This document shows, piece by piece, positions 1-15,049 of a stretch of DNA of 64,000 bases. The DNA lies in NCBI RefSeq assembly GCF_009914755.1, contig NC_060928.1. One strand, given 5' to 3'. The translations under genes and the position numbers were made by a program. Under the pieces are notes generated by a model. It did no database searches. It had not been told where the DNA came from and saw only the letters and a program-made list of their open reading frames with translations. Position 1 is the first letter of the stretch, and each line of letters begins with the position of its first letter. The stretch comes from the human T2T-CHM13v2.0 reference genome, Homo sapiens.

Positions 1-2215
1 ATTTAGCAAACCTAATATCTGATCTGCATATTTAAATGAAATGTTTACATTTTTGAAGATTTTTATTTTACCAATAATCTTTAAAACTTTTTTAAAGATT
101 ACTTAAGTCACAGGAACTAAATAAAAGGCATTACACTTTTCGGACAAAATATTTGATTGAAGCTCTTATTATTAAACCAATTAATTATAGTTCTTTCATA
201 TTACACATATAACACATTTAAATATAGACAGAAGATAAAGGAATTGTTCCCTAAGTCAGAAATTGAACCCTAACCCGGTTACCATTGTAAAAAGAGAAAG
301 CACAGCCACATGGTTACAAGGTCAATCTCCCAAGAATGTGGTGGGCCAGTTTGCTGGGCCATCTTGAACAGAGGGCCGATGAGGTCATAGGCATGCATTT
401 TATTCTAAGATGTCCCTTTTTATAACAGAGCAATATAGAAAGACGTACAAAACACAACATATTCACTACAGTTTAACATTAGCCTCAGAATTTTTTTTAA
501 ATTAATCAAAATTATACAGAGGAGATAAACACTAACAGTAACTTTCATTATTTATTTATCCAGTTTGCACAGAGAGAGAGAGGCCAGAGTCTGACTGGTA
601 AGAAATTTTTACCCTTTTGCCAGCATGCCAGGTTTCTGAGTTCTCTCTCCCTGAGCAGCCTTAGCAACCCTGCTAAACTATATGCAAACAAATACATTGC
701 CATGAATTAAGAATATTCACAAATAGTTTACAAATTTTGGAGAAATTAGAGAGAAATATGACTCAAATTATGTTTACAAGAGTATACTCAACACCCTTAA
801 AGTATCAGGAAGCCTAAAATCCAAAAAGTTAGTTTAAGGTTAAAAAGCTGGTGTGTTCCATCAATACCTAGGGGGCCTGATGAAGGTAGCCTAGGAATTC
901 CAGATAAGTGGAACAAATGATGACTTGCTAGAAATGCATAGGAAACAAAATATCTATTAAAGAACCAAATAAAGGCCTTCCACTGGAAACTAAATATATA
1001 TATATATATATATACACACATACACACACATACACAGATATAAAACCATATATATATGGTTTTATACAGAAAGTGTCAGGAAGCCTAAAACCATATATAT
1101 ATGGTTTTATATCTGCATACATAGGCAAAGCCAAAGAATAAACAGCAAATGAATGAAAACTGGTAGCCAAAACAAATAGGAAACCGACCCTAAATTTTTC
1201 CTACTCAATCTACCCTGGAGGCTATAGTGTTATCCAGGGCCCTTAAAAACCCACATAATGAATATTTTATTCCTAATACACAATTCAATATCCTCAAGTT
1301 TACCAATATCATACAATCCTGTGCAATTAAGAAATTCATTTTAGGTACATGACCAATAAGTACTCCAGTGCCGGCACTATCCACGCAAAACAGTAAACAT
1401 AGTGCAAAGCAACGCAAGCATGTATATGAAATTTGAATTGCTACAAAAAGAATTGCCAAACTGCTGATGCTTTTTTTTTTTAACAATACTTCTTATTTTA
1501 CTTTAATCAAGACTCAGAGCTTTAACTATGAAAATGTTAATTAGCCAAATGTCTCCAATTCTCTACTGGGTTTTAAAGAGTATTTTATAATCTAAACATT
1601 TCCCACATCTTTCTCCCCACCTTCTGGTTTGTTACTACATGGTTTCATAAACAACCTTTTCAAATCGGTAATTTGAACTATTAGGTAACTTTTGAATTAG
1701 ACAAAATTATTCTTTTCCTCACTAATAACATAACCTTTTCTGACACATTTGATATACAGAATTATGTATTAAGTAGAATTCATTTCCTTAGTAAACTAAA
1801 ATTTTAGTGCAACCCTAAAAAGCAAGAAATCCTGAACCATCAGATATGGGCATTAATAGATAAGAATAAATCCACAATTTTAGAAACATGGTTCCCCATA
1901 TCATAACCCTTTAACTGGAAATGATGCAGATATTAAATGAGCATCAAAATGTTTTAAGATTTTAATTTAAATAAAAAGTTTACCTAAAGTGTTATCCCAT
2001 TCACTGTACTCAATTCTTTTACTTTTATCAGTTTATCTAGATTACTTCCGTAAACTGAGATATTAGACACTATCATTTAAAGTTAGTTACCTCCTTGTTA
2101 AACACATTTTTAGTAGTCTGTGAACATCAGGTGCTTACCTAAACCTAAGTAAGACCCTCAAAGTTAAATACATAGGTATTTTTGCCAATAACTCAGAAGA
2201 TTTAGCTAACAGTAA
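1..2215 (-). mobile_element. MER4-group ERV1 internal sequence (non-coding, degenerate)
   Basis: AT-rich sequence resembling MER4-int, lying downstream (on - strand) of a MER4 LTR and PBS. Confidence 0.55.
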
Positions 2216-2218
2216 ATT

Positions 2219-2452
2219 TGTAAACCCTGAAAATGTGAGACAGGTCTCAGTTAATTTAGAAAGTTTATTTTTCCAAGGTTGAAGACGCATGCCCGTGACA
2301 CAGCCTCAAGAGGCTTGGTTTTATACATTTTAGGGAGACGTGGCATCAGTCAACATATGTAAAATGGGACAGCTGGAACTGGGAAGGGGGCTTCCAAGTC
2401 ACAGGTACTTGAGAGACAAATAGCTGCATTCTTTTGAGCTTCTCATTAGCCT
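2219..2452 (-). mobile_element. MER4A-type LTR fragment (3' half, internally deleted)
   Basis: Clearly homologous to 3166-3460 (gagacaggtctcagttaatttagaaagtttatttt... ttggttttatacattttagg... gcattcttttgag). Confidence 0.75.
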
Positions 2453-2454
2453 TA

Positions 2455-2900
2455 GGAGATGGTGCAGGAAGAAGGTAATTTTTCCCTGAAGCCCAGCCAT
2501 CTCTGGCCAGGCTCCCCTCCAAAACTGCACCATCTGAAGTTAGCCATCCTTATCCATAGTCTCCAATGTTCAGTTACCTCTCTGCTCACTGCTCAGTCAC
2601 TTTTATCCCCGACATTCAGCAGTTTGTATCCCTGAGGCTCAGCTGCTTGTGTTGCTGTAGCTTTCTTCTGCCAGCTGGGCTGGTTTTTATGGGCACAGGA
2701 TAGGGGGCAGGGTGGGTCAAAAAGGCAATCATTTGGAAAAATGGGGTCAGTTGCTTTCACTTAAGGCCTAGGTCCCAGGCTTGAGCGTGGAGTGTAGCCA
2801 GGAGCCCAGCCCTTCTGTATCAGGGTCAGCTGTTTTCACTTAGGGCTGAGGTTCCAGGTTTGAGGGTGGAGTTTGGCAAGGAGCCCTGCCTTCTGTATCA
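2455..2900 (-). mobile_element. ERV1 LTR fragment (LTR27/LTR28/MER52-like)
   Basis: Minus strand begins TGATACAGAAGG..., typical of this LTR clan; the terminal ~78 bp is present twice. Confidence 0.5.
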
Positions 2901-3165
2901 ATGGAGGGAGGAAAACTTGCCTTCCTTGTTGGAAACAAGTAAAACTCAAAAAACAAACAAACAAAAAAGAGTTGTACAGCAAAATAAACATTAGATCTCA
3001 ACCAAATTTTGGGAGAATAGGGATTCTCTGGAGGGGGTGCTTCCAGGCCTCGGCAAATTGTCCTGTTGGTTTGAGCCATAAGGTTAGCTCAAGATGGTAC
3101 CAGGCACCCATAGATTTTTCAAAGGTCAGGGGCATCTCCACTCAGAATCTCTTCATAGTTACCAA

Positions 3166-3612
3166 ATGAACCCTGAATATCTGAGACAGGTCCCAGTCAA
3201 TTCAGAAAGTTTATTTTGCCATGGTTAAGGATGCATGCCTGTGCCACAGCCTCAGGAGGTCCTGACAACATGTGCCCAAGGTGGCTGGGGCACAGCTTGG
3301 TTTTATACATTTTAAGGAAACATGAGACATCAATCAGTAGTCGAAAAGGCAAGGCAACTGGAATCAAAGGCAGGACAACTCAAAGTAGGGAGGGGACTTC
3401 CAGGTCATAGGTAGATAAGAGACAAAGGGCTGCATTCTTTTGAGTTTCTAATTAGCCTTTTCAAAGGAGGCAATCAGATATGCATTTATCTCAGTGAGCA
3501 GAGGGCTAACTTTGAATAGAATGTGAGGCAGGTTTGCCCTAAGCAGTTGCCAGCTTGACTTTTCCCTTTAGCTCAGTGATTTTGGGGTTCCAAGGTTTAT
3601 TTTCCTTTCACA
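3166..3612 (-). mobile_element. MER4A-type 5' LTR with adjacent primer-binding site
   Basis: Minus strand starts TGTGAAAGGAAAATAAACCTTGGAACCCCAAAATCACTGAGCTAAAGGG. It is followed by TGGTAACTATGAAGAGATTC (~3145-3164), resembling a tRNA-Arg PBS. Confidence 0.85.
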
Positions 3613-5099
3613 CTATCTTGCATATTAAGAGGTCCTTTCTTATTCTCACTCTTCCTCCAAAAAATAACCCCAAAAGCTAATACATAAACATTAAATACTC
3701 TATAAAGTACTCACGTTTTAAATATTTAACCCAGTTAGACCATAACAGCAGGGCAGGAACTGCATATTCTGTCTTATTTGCATTATAAAACTAGCACTTG
3801 GCACAGTACCTAGCATATAAGTGATTAAAATGTTTGCTGATCAAATGAAAGTCATATCTATCACTTGTTAAAATTCTCCAAATAAGAACTTAAAAAAAAA
3901 ATTCACTTATATTTACAATTGCAGTGGTGTGGAAAATAATAGGAGCAGTAGCAGCAAAAACAACAATCTAGTAGTTTTAAACCTGAAAACAGAAAACTCA
4001 CAAATTTCTTTATGGCATTTATTCTGGATAGAAAAAAGTATAGACATTCTAATTATCCATTGTAGATGTGAAAAGTTATGTTTCTGACTACCACTTTAGA
4101 CACCTGAAAGCCCAAATTAGTTGCTAGCTAGGTGGATATCTGTTTCTCTCCCTCTATATGAGTATATAGAGAGATATATTGGCTACATTTTATATGTTTT
4201 AATAATATAGTCACTATATATCTAGCTAATCTATTTATATATGGCTATGTATTAGCTATGTTATAGGCATATATCCAGTTCTATATCTATCTATATGGCT
4301 ATATTAGAATTGGAAATACTGTTTAAAGAAATCCATGTGATTGTATGAACAATAGATTTAAATATGAGAGTTTCTAAGCTTTAAACTTGTTTTTGTTAAT
4401 TTATTTCTTTGCTGTTCTACCTCCTACTATTATTTATTTAGAAAATGATGACAAACAAGTGGAATATCACATATGTTAGCACAGTGATAAGAATCTTTCA
4501 CAATAGATAACAGCTGTGGTTGGGAGACTGGCCCAACTTTAGTTTCTGAATATATCACTTAATAGCTGTATGTATGACCTGGTGTGGGTCAATGTCCACT
4601 CAGAAGAGACTGCTCCTATGCATGAAGTTGTTAATTAGGTCAGAACAAACAGTGATTCATTGACATTGAGGACCTTAGGGGAGGGTTCCTGCGGGAGTGG
4701 GACCTGGCTCTCTAAGGAGAGGAGCTTGATAAAGCTGATTCTGCAAGTGTTGGAAAACCACAAACTACATTCTTATGCAATTACAAAAAGGACTTCTGCT
4801 GCTTCAGTGGGGAACTATGCCCAGCTAATATATGCCCAGTGGGAGCACGACCAGATAAGAAGAATACAGGAAACCCACGGGAAGCAGCCTGGAAAGTCTC
4901 CTGTCTTCCACCTCCTGCCTTGCAGTCACCCTCTTGCATCCCCTCTTGGCAGAGCCTAGCATAGATCCAGCTAGAAAAGCAGAAATGTGGCTTTCCAGCC
5001 TTAGAATTTCAAAGCCAGCTGAGGAGAGAAAGGTATTTTGAAGCTGGGATATAGGTTAATAATTAGTGCAGGTAGCATAGTGACAAGAAGTATATTGCA

Positions 5100-5330
5100 T
5101 GGAAGATAAGAGCTGGGACTGGTAGATTGCTTAAATTTAGCACCTGACCCCAACATTTAATAGCTATATGACCTTTGGCTACTTATGCTTGATAAAATCA
5201 ATTGGCCCCAGGTATAATATGGGAACAATGTCAACATCATGAAGTTGCTGTGAGAAGTAAATTTGATAACGAAGTAAACTGCTTAGCGTGCTGCCAGGCA
5301 TAGCAGTATGTAACAAATGTTAACAGCTAC
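5100..5330 (+). mobile_element. MIR SINE
   Basis: tagctatatgacctttggc ... gttgctgtgagaagtaaa ... gcttagcgtgctgccaggcatag core similarity. Confidence 0.55.
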
Positions 5331-8300
5331 ACATTTTATTTGCTTCATATAGCAAGACAGTGACTTGATTATTTAAGTAAAATCTTTTGATTATATTGTA
5401 GCTCAGTTCTCAATTTCTGAACTAGAAAGTATTGGATTTTCAGTAACATGCCTGGAAATTAATATGCACATTTCAAACAACAGGAATTTGAAAGTCAACT
5501 ATCATTCATTTATTCATCATTTTCCCATTATGTACATATATTTTTCATTATATAATTTACAGTTTAGCTTAAGGATGCAAACAACTAAGCAATTACATTA
5601 AAGCAGCATAAGGGCCACACTAGGAGAAGTATAAGGATATAGTAGAGATGAACAACCAACCCTGAGAAGAGCTCAGAGGATATTTTCTGAAGGAAAGAGA
5701 ACTAAAGTGAGTCAGGCAAAGTTTGCAAGAAGAGAGGCATACTACTTACCTTTTAAAATTAAAAACGAAGAATTTACAAATGAAGGTTTGGCAACATTAG
5801 TGACAATGGAGAAGCTGATATTCAAGGAACATATTAAAGATCTTCATATTGCACAGTGAGAATGTTTAGTCCCATCTCTTGAAATGACTAGGACAATCTC
5901 ATATGCTTCTTTTCAGTCCCTCTCAATAACTCAGTGGGGTGCTGAGTCAAGACTCAATATACACATGTTGAGAAGTACAGTTCTATAGTTTTGCATTGTT
6001 GTGGCTCAGGTCTGTCTGGTTAATTAATATCTGTTTCACATTGAGCTAAACACCTTGACATATTGGAACAGAGATTACAAAGTGAGAAAGGAAAAGAATA
6101 GTATGCTGTTAATCATGTGTGTGTGTATTATATACTTTCAAAATCCTTTCACACACATATATATATGTCATATATAATATATAAGCTATATATACTATAT
6201 ATAGCATTTTCACCAATAGCTGGGCATTCCTACCTACAAGACTGAAGGAGTGATGCTTCAAACCCATTGCATCATTTTTTATCCCTCTTTTTTTTTTTTT
6301 GGCTTTCTACATCCATTGTGTTACAGAGATGAAAGAACTATTATTATGAACATATCAGCAGAGTTATCATTTCAGTGTGAAAGGACTCTAGATGTTCCTG
6401 ACTTCTATTTACAATTGAAATAACAACTTAATTATAAAAGATAAATTAAATTTTTGTATGTAATTTGCATACATGATTATTTGTTGGGTAACATCATTGG
6501 CCAGGAAACATAGCCTCTTAGTTCAATTCCAGACCTGCTTTTAATTATCTCGCATTCTCTGAGCCAATAAGGAAAACTTTGGCCTAGACTACTATTTCTT
6601 TGTACATGTGAGATTTATCATCAGGCTGCCTTCAATGATTCTACAAATGACTCCTGAGACAAGGCTTTCAAAGCTATTTGGTCTTCCCTGGGGAACCGGT
6701 ACCTTGCATGATATCATCATTAAATAAGAAAATGCATCCATATGTACCTGAGAAATAATGATAACATAATGATGATAATTCTTTACACTTTGTGTAATCA
6801 AACTGTATTAAGAAAAGAAAAATGATGAGGCTAAAGTGATTAAAACAATGTAATACAGGTACAAGATAAGCAAAGATACTAGTGCAACAGAAGAAAGTGT
6901 CCAGATTTAGAACCACACACTAACCTAATTCAGGTAAAAACTACTATTGCGATAAAATAGAGTCTGCAAAATAAATGCTTAATCAATTGGCTATTTCTTA
7001 AAAGCAGTTATTATGTATTTCCTCCTTCTATTCTGCTTTGGTGTAAAAGTCTTGATGTAGCTCAGGTATTTCAAGTCATCAGGATTGACAGTAAATCTTC
7101 ATATTTCTTCCTTGAGTAGTTCTCACCACCTGAAATGGCTGTTGAGAAGTAACTGAGCAGATATTTGCCTTTCTAAACATGAATATTACTTTATTATATA
7201 CATATAGAGGAAGAGAGTAAAGTTATAAATTTGTGACTCTTCATTTCCTCTGGATTATTTAATTTTTTCCTAAAATGGGAGAGTGCTAAGAATAGTAATC
7301 ATAATCGCAGCTTATGGAATTTTTGTGCAAGGCAATGTGTTTGGACTTCATACGTGAAATCTCATTCAGTGACAATTTAACTGGTAAACTTAAAAAAATA
7401 ATTAAACAGGTTTTAAAAAGGGGCAAGAGAGTATTTTTATAATATTTTCTAACATGAAAGGAAGAATGCCAAAATATAAATGTGTCTATATGTGTGTGTA
7501 GTATGTGTTGAGAAGAAACTAGCTTTGGGGTGAATAATTGGAAAACACAGAGATTCTTGATGTCAATTTTAGCAGAGACAGTATACAATTGCAAAATAGG
7601 GCTGCTCATAGCAAATACAGAAAATCCATAAATTGTTCATTAATCAAATGGAGAAAAAGACTCAAGAAGAATAAATGCTTTTTTCTAAAGTTGTACAAGT
7701 AGAGAGAACGCAGAGAGAGGGTGCTTATCTTCCAGGCCAGATCAGGTCAATAAATAAGCATGTGCTAAACATCTTCCTTGCTAAATGTCAGAGTAAGATG
7801 AAGTTTTTCAGAAATGTTCAATTTAGTAGAGTTTCCAACTCTACATAGACTTCTACCATATTAAGAGAAGTAATGTGTAGGCAAGGCACAAACTTAGGGT
7901 CCTCGTGATTAAAAATACATCTATGCCCAGAGTGACGTGCTGTGTTATATATATGTGCATGTGTGTATGCGTGTGTGTGTTAAATTACAATATAAATAGG
8001 AAAGTTAAAATAACTTTTTTTTGGAAAAACAAAGTAGGAAAATGCAACAGGCCAAAGGCAAACAATCTGTTATGGAAACATCTTACACTGGGGTACAATA
8101 AATATTCATCAAATTAATATAAACATAATACACTAAGATCCTATGTCAGTTATACTTTCAAAATATCTGATCATCCTTCACTATTTTATATTTGCCTGTT
8201 ATTGTCATATATTTAAGTTAAAAAGAAGAGTAACTCCACATCTGGGAGGCATACTCACTGATACTAACTTTCTTTGTGGACTGATTTCCCTTCTTTTAAG

Positions 8301-9419
8301 TGTAGTTAAAATCAAATTCAACTATTTTGTTACGAAAACTACACTACTGCTCCTCCGGGGTAATTTTCATAAATACTACTTATATGACTCCTAAGTGAAC
8401 ATCTAAAGTTCTAAATAACTTTATGGTTTTCTAATTACTTACTTCGGTAATTAAGACATTTACACGGCAGAGCAAACTACTTAACTTGTGAAGGGCTGTG
8501 CCAACTACGATGGCTATATAATCTATAACGTTTTTGTTGTTGCTACTAATGTGTGGGCCAAGTCCATGCTCAGATATGCAATTGTGGATCTATGTAATCT
8601 ATATTGCTTCTAAAAACCTAGGTAATTATTTTATATTATGAAGTTTCTCATGTAGGAGTATATCTTTGAATATGACAGTAGCGGGCCTAATGAAAAATAT
8701 AGGGTCTATTATGACACATTTAAGTAGGCTACTTCCCCATAAGCTGAATTTCCCAACACTTTAAGTCAATAGGAAGATTACATTTGCTACCAGGTAATAA
8801 TCATAAAATCATAATAAATTTCTATTTTCAAGCAAGTGTTCTTCAATCTATTACTTACTTAAGATTGACTGCAACTCAGTTATCCAATAGCATTTATCAA
8901 GTGCCTATTATGTTCTGAGCACTTAGGAGAAATGTCTGTAATAACTATCTTACTTCAAAGATACAGTTTTAAATATATATATTTTATGCTAAGCTGATAT
9001 GTTTGAGGCTAGTATTAAAATTAGTTTCTTTTGAAGGTAACTATACACATACAAACTGATTTTAAACATAATTTCTAATATAACTGCATAAAATAATATT
9101 GCCCTTCAGGTAGATTTCGGGATGTCCTTCCTGTCTGTTCTCAAAGTAGGTTTAGAATATTCCACTTGGAATTGTTTCTAGAATATGTTAACAAGCCATA
9201 ATAAGCATATAAGATGTTTCTTAGTAGTCACTATTTTTGGACCAAAATATTGCCATACACAGCTTGACTACCTATCCAATTCTCCGGGCTTGGCTCAAAA
9301 TAGCATTTATGTATTTCCAATAAGCAAATTTATTCACGAAAGACAAAGATTTCTTATTACTAAAATTAGTCCTAAGAGCTATGCCATAGGCTAATGGCAA
9401 TGCTTTAAGATTAGTTCTT

Positions 9420-9717
9420 AGCCTGGCACGGTGGCTCACGCCTGTAATCCTAGCAATTTGGGAGGCCAAGGCGGGTGGATCACCTGAGGTCAGGAGTTCG
9501 AGACGAACCTGGTGAAACCCTGTCTCTACTAAAAATATGAAAATTAGCTGGTTGTGGTGGTGGGCACCTGTAATCCCAGCTACTCAGGAGGCTGAGGCAG
9601 GAGAATCACTTGAACCTGGGAGGCGGAGGTTGCAGCAAGCCAAGATCGTGCCACTGCACGCACTCCAGCCTGGGCGACAGAGCGAGACTCCGTCTTAAAA
9701 AAGAAGAAGAAGAAAAA
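9420..9717 (+). mobile_element. AluS
   Basis: Full dimer, A-rich tail, TSD AAGATTAGTTCT on both sides. Confidence 0.95.
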
Positions 9718-10279
9718 AAGATTAGTTCTGGCTTTCTTTGACCAGTGGCTACTTTGGAAGTATTCAGTTTCTCAAGGTAAGTACTTTATAGGAAAACATT
9801 CATGTGTATGTCTAAGTTCTGGTATTTTTGTTAAAATGATGTTTCATTAATTTATATTACTTGATATAGGCATTGAGAGTTAAAATGTAATGATTATCTC
9901 TGCCATTTCACAGCTCTTACTGCCACTTCACCCAAGCTTTAACAAAATCATCTGAAGGTAAGCATTAAAGCAATAATGGATTTTCAGGTATTTTTACTAA
10001 TTAATGAAATCAAGGCCAACAAATATCTACTGTCTATATCACAGTAATTACAGAGACTATCTTTTGTGATGTTATAGGCACTAATGGTTTCTTTTCCAAG
10101 AGTTATTTTTCTTCCATCACTGTTAATAGAATCTCGATTTTGTTCAGGCATGATGTGCCAGCCCTAGTGGGTGTATTTCAACTGTCTGGGTACATCATAG
10201 CAGTACGCTTCCTTCATGTCAGTTATTGTACTCTATAACTTGGCCAGTGAGAAGTGAAATCTGTTAAGAAATGTCTTCT

Positions 10280-10606
<327 letters not shown>

Positions 10607-11030
10607 TTATAAAAGAGAAGTGCTCAAGAAAAAAATTCTCTGTTCCTGTCTTTGCCTAGCCTTCTGGCTTGGCATACTAGATGTGCAGCTATGGCATTCA
10701 TATTGCAACCATAAAAGTAGAAGATAGAAAAAGCCTAAATCCTGATATCACCATTGAATCACTGCACCAAACTTCGGATCTCCAACCTCCAGGCTTCTTA
10801 CTATATGAGATCAAGATCTTATTATTTATGCTACTGTAGATGTGTAATGCAGTATTTGCTGATGAGAGCATCCTAACTGATACAAGGAATAAGAAGCATG
10901 CAGCAACTTTCAAGTGATGATCAAAAGGCATTTTGATGATGTGTAAAAGCTATTGATTCTGTAGCTATCAGAAGCAGAGATATAGTTTCCCCTAAATAAA
11001 TAACTAACATGAATTCCCTGATTTTAATAA

Positions 11031-11287
<257 letters not shown>

Positions 11288-13477
11288 AGTACTCTTATCA
11301 TTGCAACATATTTATATCACACATTCTGATTACCTTTCTGTTTATTTTGCATAGCATCTTTTACATCTTGCATTGCCATCATAAGTCTTGTATCAGTATT
11401 TCTTTATGGTTTCTTATTTTAGAAAACATCAAGTCTCTTTTTCTGTAAGTATATCAGGTTATAGTTTTCTTTCAACATTCACTCAGGAAATGATTATGTG
11501 TGAGTATGTGGATTTGAGGGGAAGTTATAAGAGGTAAGATCAAATATTAGAATGAAAAGGTATCATTCATGTCTACAAGGAACTCACATTCTTAAAGGAA
11601 TTTGAGATGTACTTAAATCAGCACAGACTCTATTAATTTCAAGAGAAAGACCTGACCAAAGAGCTATGGGTGCATGATGGAAGTCGGGGAGATCATTTCA
11701 GGAATGCCTCACCACGGAGCTGACATTTCAAAGATGGTTAGTATTTCTTTTTAATGGAAACGGGGAAGCATATGTTCTGCAACTTTTTTTTTTACCATAC
11801 AGCACATGTCCATAGCTTGGAGACTCTTTAGTTTTGCTGGAGTGAAGGTTTTACAAAAGGATGCAGTCAGTTCAGGTTGTAACTCAAAGATTGAATGTCT
11901 ATTCAATGTCTGCATTGAATGCCTATTGAATGTCTGCAATTAGTTTCTAATTTTTCCTCATTCTATTTATGTTCATCTGATCCAAAAAAAATTCTGTAAG
12001 AGGTTTTCATCATATAAATATTTGGTCCACCTGTGCAAGCCATGTAAATGTATGTATTTGTGGGGAATTGTAGTGGAATAAGCAGGTGTGCTTGCCTTTT
12101 CCTCAACTTAAGATGACTTTTTATTTATTCTTATTATCAGATCCTTCCTATTTCCTAAAATTCTTCATAGCCACCATGGAAATTTGAATGATCTAAGATG
12201 GAGTCATCTGGTTAATCAGCTTGACTCATGCTACATTTCAAATTATGTGAAAAAACATAATGGTGTCAGGAGTTGCCATAAAAGATATTATTTAACTCTC
12301 TAGGAAGTAAATGTTTTCATTCAGCTGCTCCTATTGCCAAGTAGCCATTCATTTATTCATCCATTTAACACAGGATTTTTAGCATACCACAAGCCAGGTA
12401 GGTTTCCAGCAGTGAAGATACAAAGGTGAATATAAAAACCAAAGTCCCTCCACTCATGGAGATTAAATTTTGTGGTAGCTTCTATTAGTTTGAAAACAAA
12501 TTATCTATCAAATTCTGTTCAAATGTGATTTTTCTCCAGAAAACTTTCTCAAACACTTTTTTGGCTCTGTTCCCATATTACTCTGTTGTTAGCACTACTA
12601 GAATTTTCTTTCTCTATAGCAATGATTTGCTCTTCTCTCTCTCTCTCCTTCCTATTTATTTCCCTTCACCCCTCTTAATAGGCTGTCACCTACTTTAAGA
12701 CAAAAACCAATATCTTATAATCTTTGCATTAAAATAAAATATACTCAATAAATATTTATAAGTAAGTGAATGAATATAGCAAATATTCAGTATCCACTCT
12801 ATTTGTGAAAACTTTGGGGCCTTTTCAGCAAGATCCTTCTCAACTTCATGGAAATGCATAAACTTAAATAGAATGCACTGAATAGAATCCATTCAGTATA
12901 TGGAGCTCCAAGAATATGAAACAAACTTGAGATTCCATAATACATCATGAATCTTTGATGGTAGATTTAATTAGCAGTCAGCAGTAACAGTGTTTTAGCT
13001 TGAACCTCTGGGCTATAAGATACAAAACTCTTAAAATTATATTGGAGGGAAATGTAGGCAATTGCTCCAAATGTTTCAGATGGTTTGAAGCTGGGAGTTT
13101 TTATGATTTTAGGTTAATACAGTTGGTAATGATGCTATGTATTATCTAGTTGTGCCTATGTTACATCATACTATTCTACGTTGTATTGAGAGTCTGTGGG
13201 AAAACATACAAGGAAGTTGTTTCCTAGAAACGAAATTAAAATTGAGTTGCAAAGGAAGGCATTGTTGAACAGTGTACTTCATTTTCACCATGTCTAAATA
13301 TATTGGGGAAGAATAACATTTAGAAGTTGAGTAGCAACAACCTACAAGACTTCAGTTAATGTAGTGTCTACTATATCCAAGTTCTCTGCACCAAGGCTTA
13401 ATCAATTTAGAAAAAACTGATTTGACCATTGAAGGCCAATTAAGAAGTAACTATATTTTTTCCTATATAGTGCATGG

Positions 13478-13820
13478 CAGGGGTCCCCAACCCCTGTGCC
13501 ACAGACCAGTACTGGTCTGTGGCCTGTTAGGAACTGGGCCACACAGCAAGAGGTGAGTGGTGGGCAAGCAGCATTACCCGCTGAGCTCCACCTCCTGTCA
13601 GATCAGCAGCAGCATTAGATTCTCATAGGAGCAGGAACCCTATGGTGAACTGTACATGTGAGGGATCTGGCTTGCACACTCCTAATGAGAATCTAATGCC
13701 TGATGATTTGAGGTGGAACAGTTTCATCACAGAACCATCCCCCACCCCCTAGCCCCTGTCCATGGAAAAATTGTCTTCAAGGAAACCAATCCCTGGTGCC
13801 AAAAAGGTTGGGGACAGCTG
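13478..13820 (+). mobile_element. MER1B (hAT-Charlie non-autonomous DNA transposon)
   Basis: TIRs CAGGGGTCCCCAACC / GGTTGGGGACAGCTG, 343 bp, 8-bp TSD gtgcatgg / gtgtatgg. Confidence 0.9.
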
Positions 13821-14330
13821 GTGTATGGGTGTCCTTAGAAACTGCAAAGTATTCTCGGAAGTGGAATTTGGTGACATACATCCATAATATACCAGATACT
13901 TCAGAATATTCTCATATATGTGCTACTTCATTTAATCTTTACAACACCTCTGTGAAGTGGGAATCCTGTAGCCATTTTGCAAGTTGGAAAACTGAGGCAA
14001 TGGTTGTATGTGCTATACTTAAGTTCACACATACTTAGTAAGGGACAGTACCATTGTAAAATTCCAAAGCTCTTTTCACTAGAGATAGCTGTCTCTGTGA
14101 GCTAGCCAAATATAAAGGGAGGCATGTTAGAGGACAGAGATAATAAGAAAAATCAGTTGACAATAAAGTATGTTGTAAGTGTGATGGGTGGGACGAGAAC
14201 TTGTGTGTGGAGGTGATTCCCTTCTAGGAAAACTACCAGGAAGTGGGTGTGAAGAAAAGTAGAAAACGTTAAGAAATACTTAAGAAGGGAGGACTTAAGG
14301 AGAAAAGAAGAAACAGAAAATAGATTCCTA

Positions 14331-14741
<411 letters not shown>

Positions 14742-15049
14742 TTAAGGGCTTTAAAAATAAGCATTTGTTGCAATTAAACTACCACTGTTATATTGCTATA
14801 GTTTAGTTAAAACTCCAGAATACAAATTATGTTTAATTCTAAGGTATTTCAAAAAAACACTTGTAATCACAGTTTACAATTATAATTTAATAATTATATT
14901 ATCTCTAAAATTATTAGAATCAGGTGAGTACTTACAATTCAAGTGTCTCCGTTTTCTCATCTGCAACATGATGGGATAAAATAAATCTAAATCTGGCTGA
15001 TAATCAAAATAAAATTGAAAGCTTCTATGTTTAACAATTTAAAAAAATA

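Noticed and set aside
11890-11938. Short ATTGAATGTCT-type tandem repeat (24-bp period)
   Set aside because: Only two units; ordinary slippage duplication, not CRISPR-like and with no spacers.
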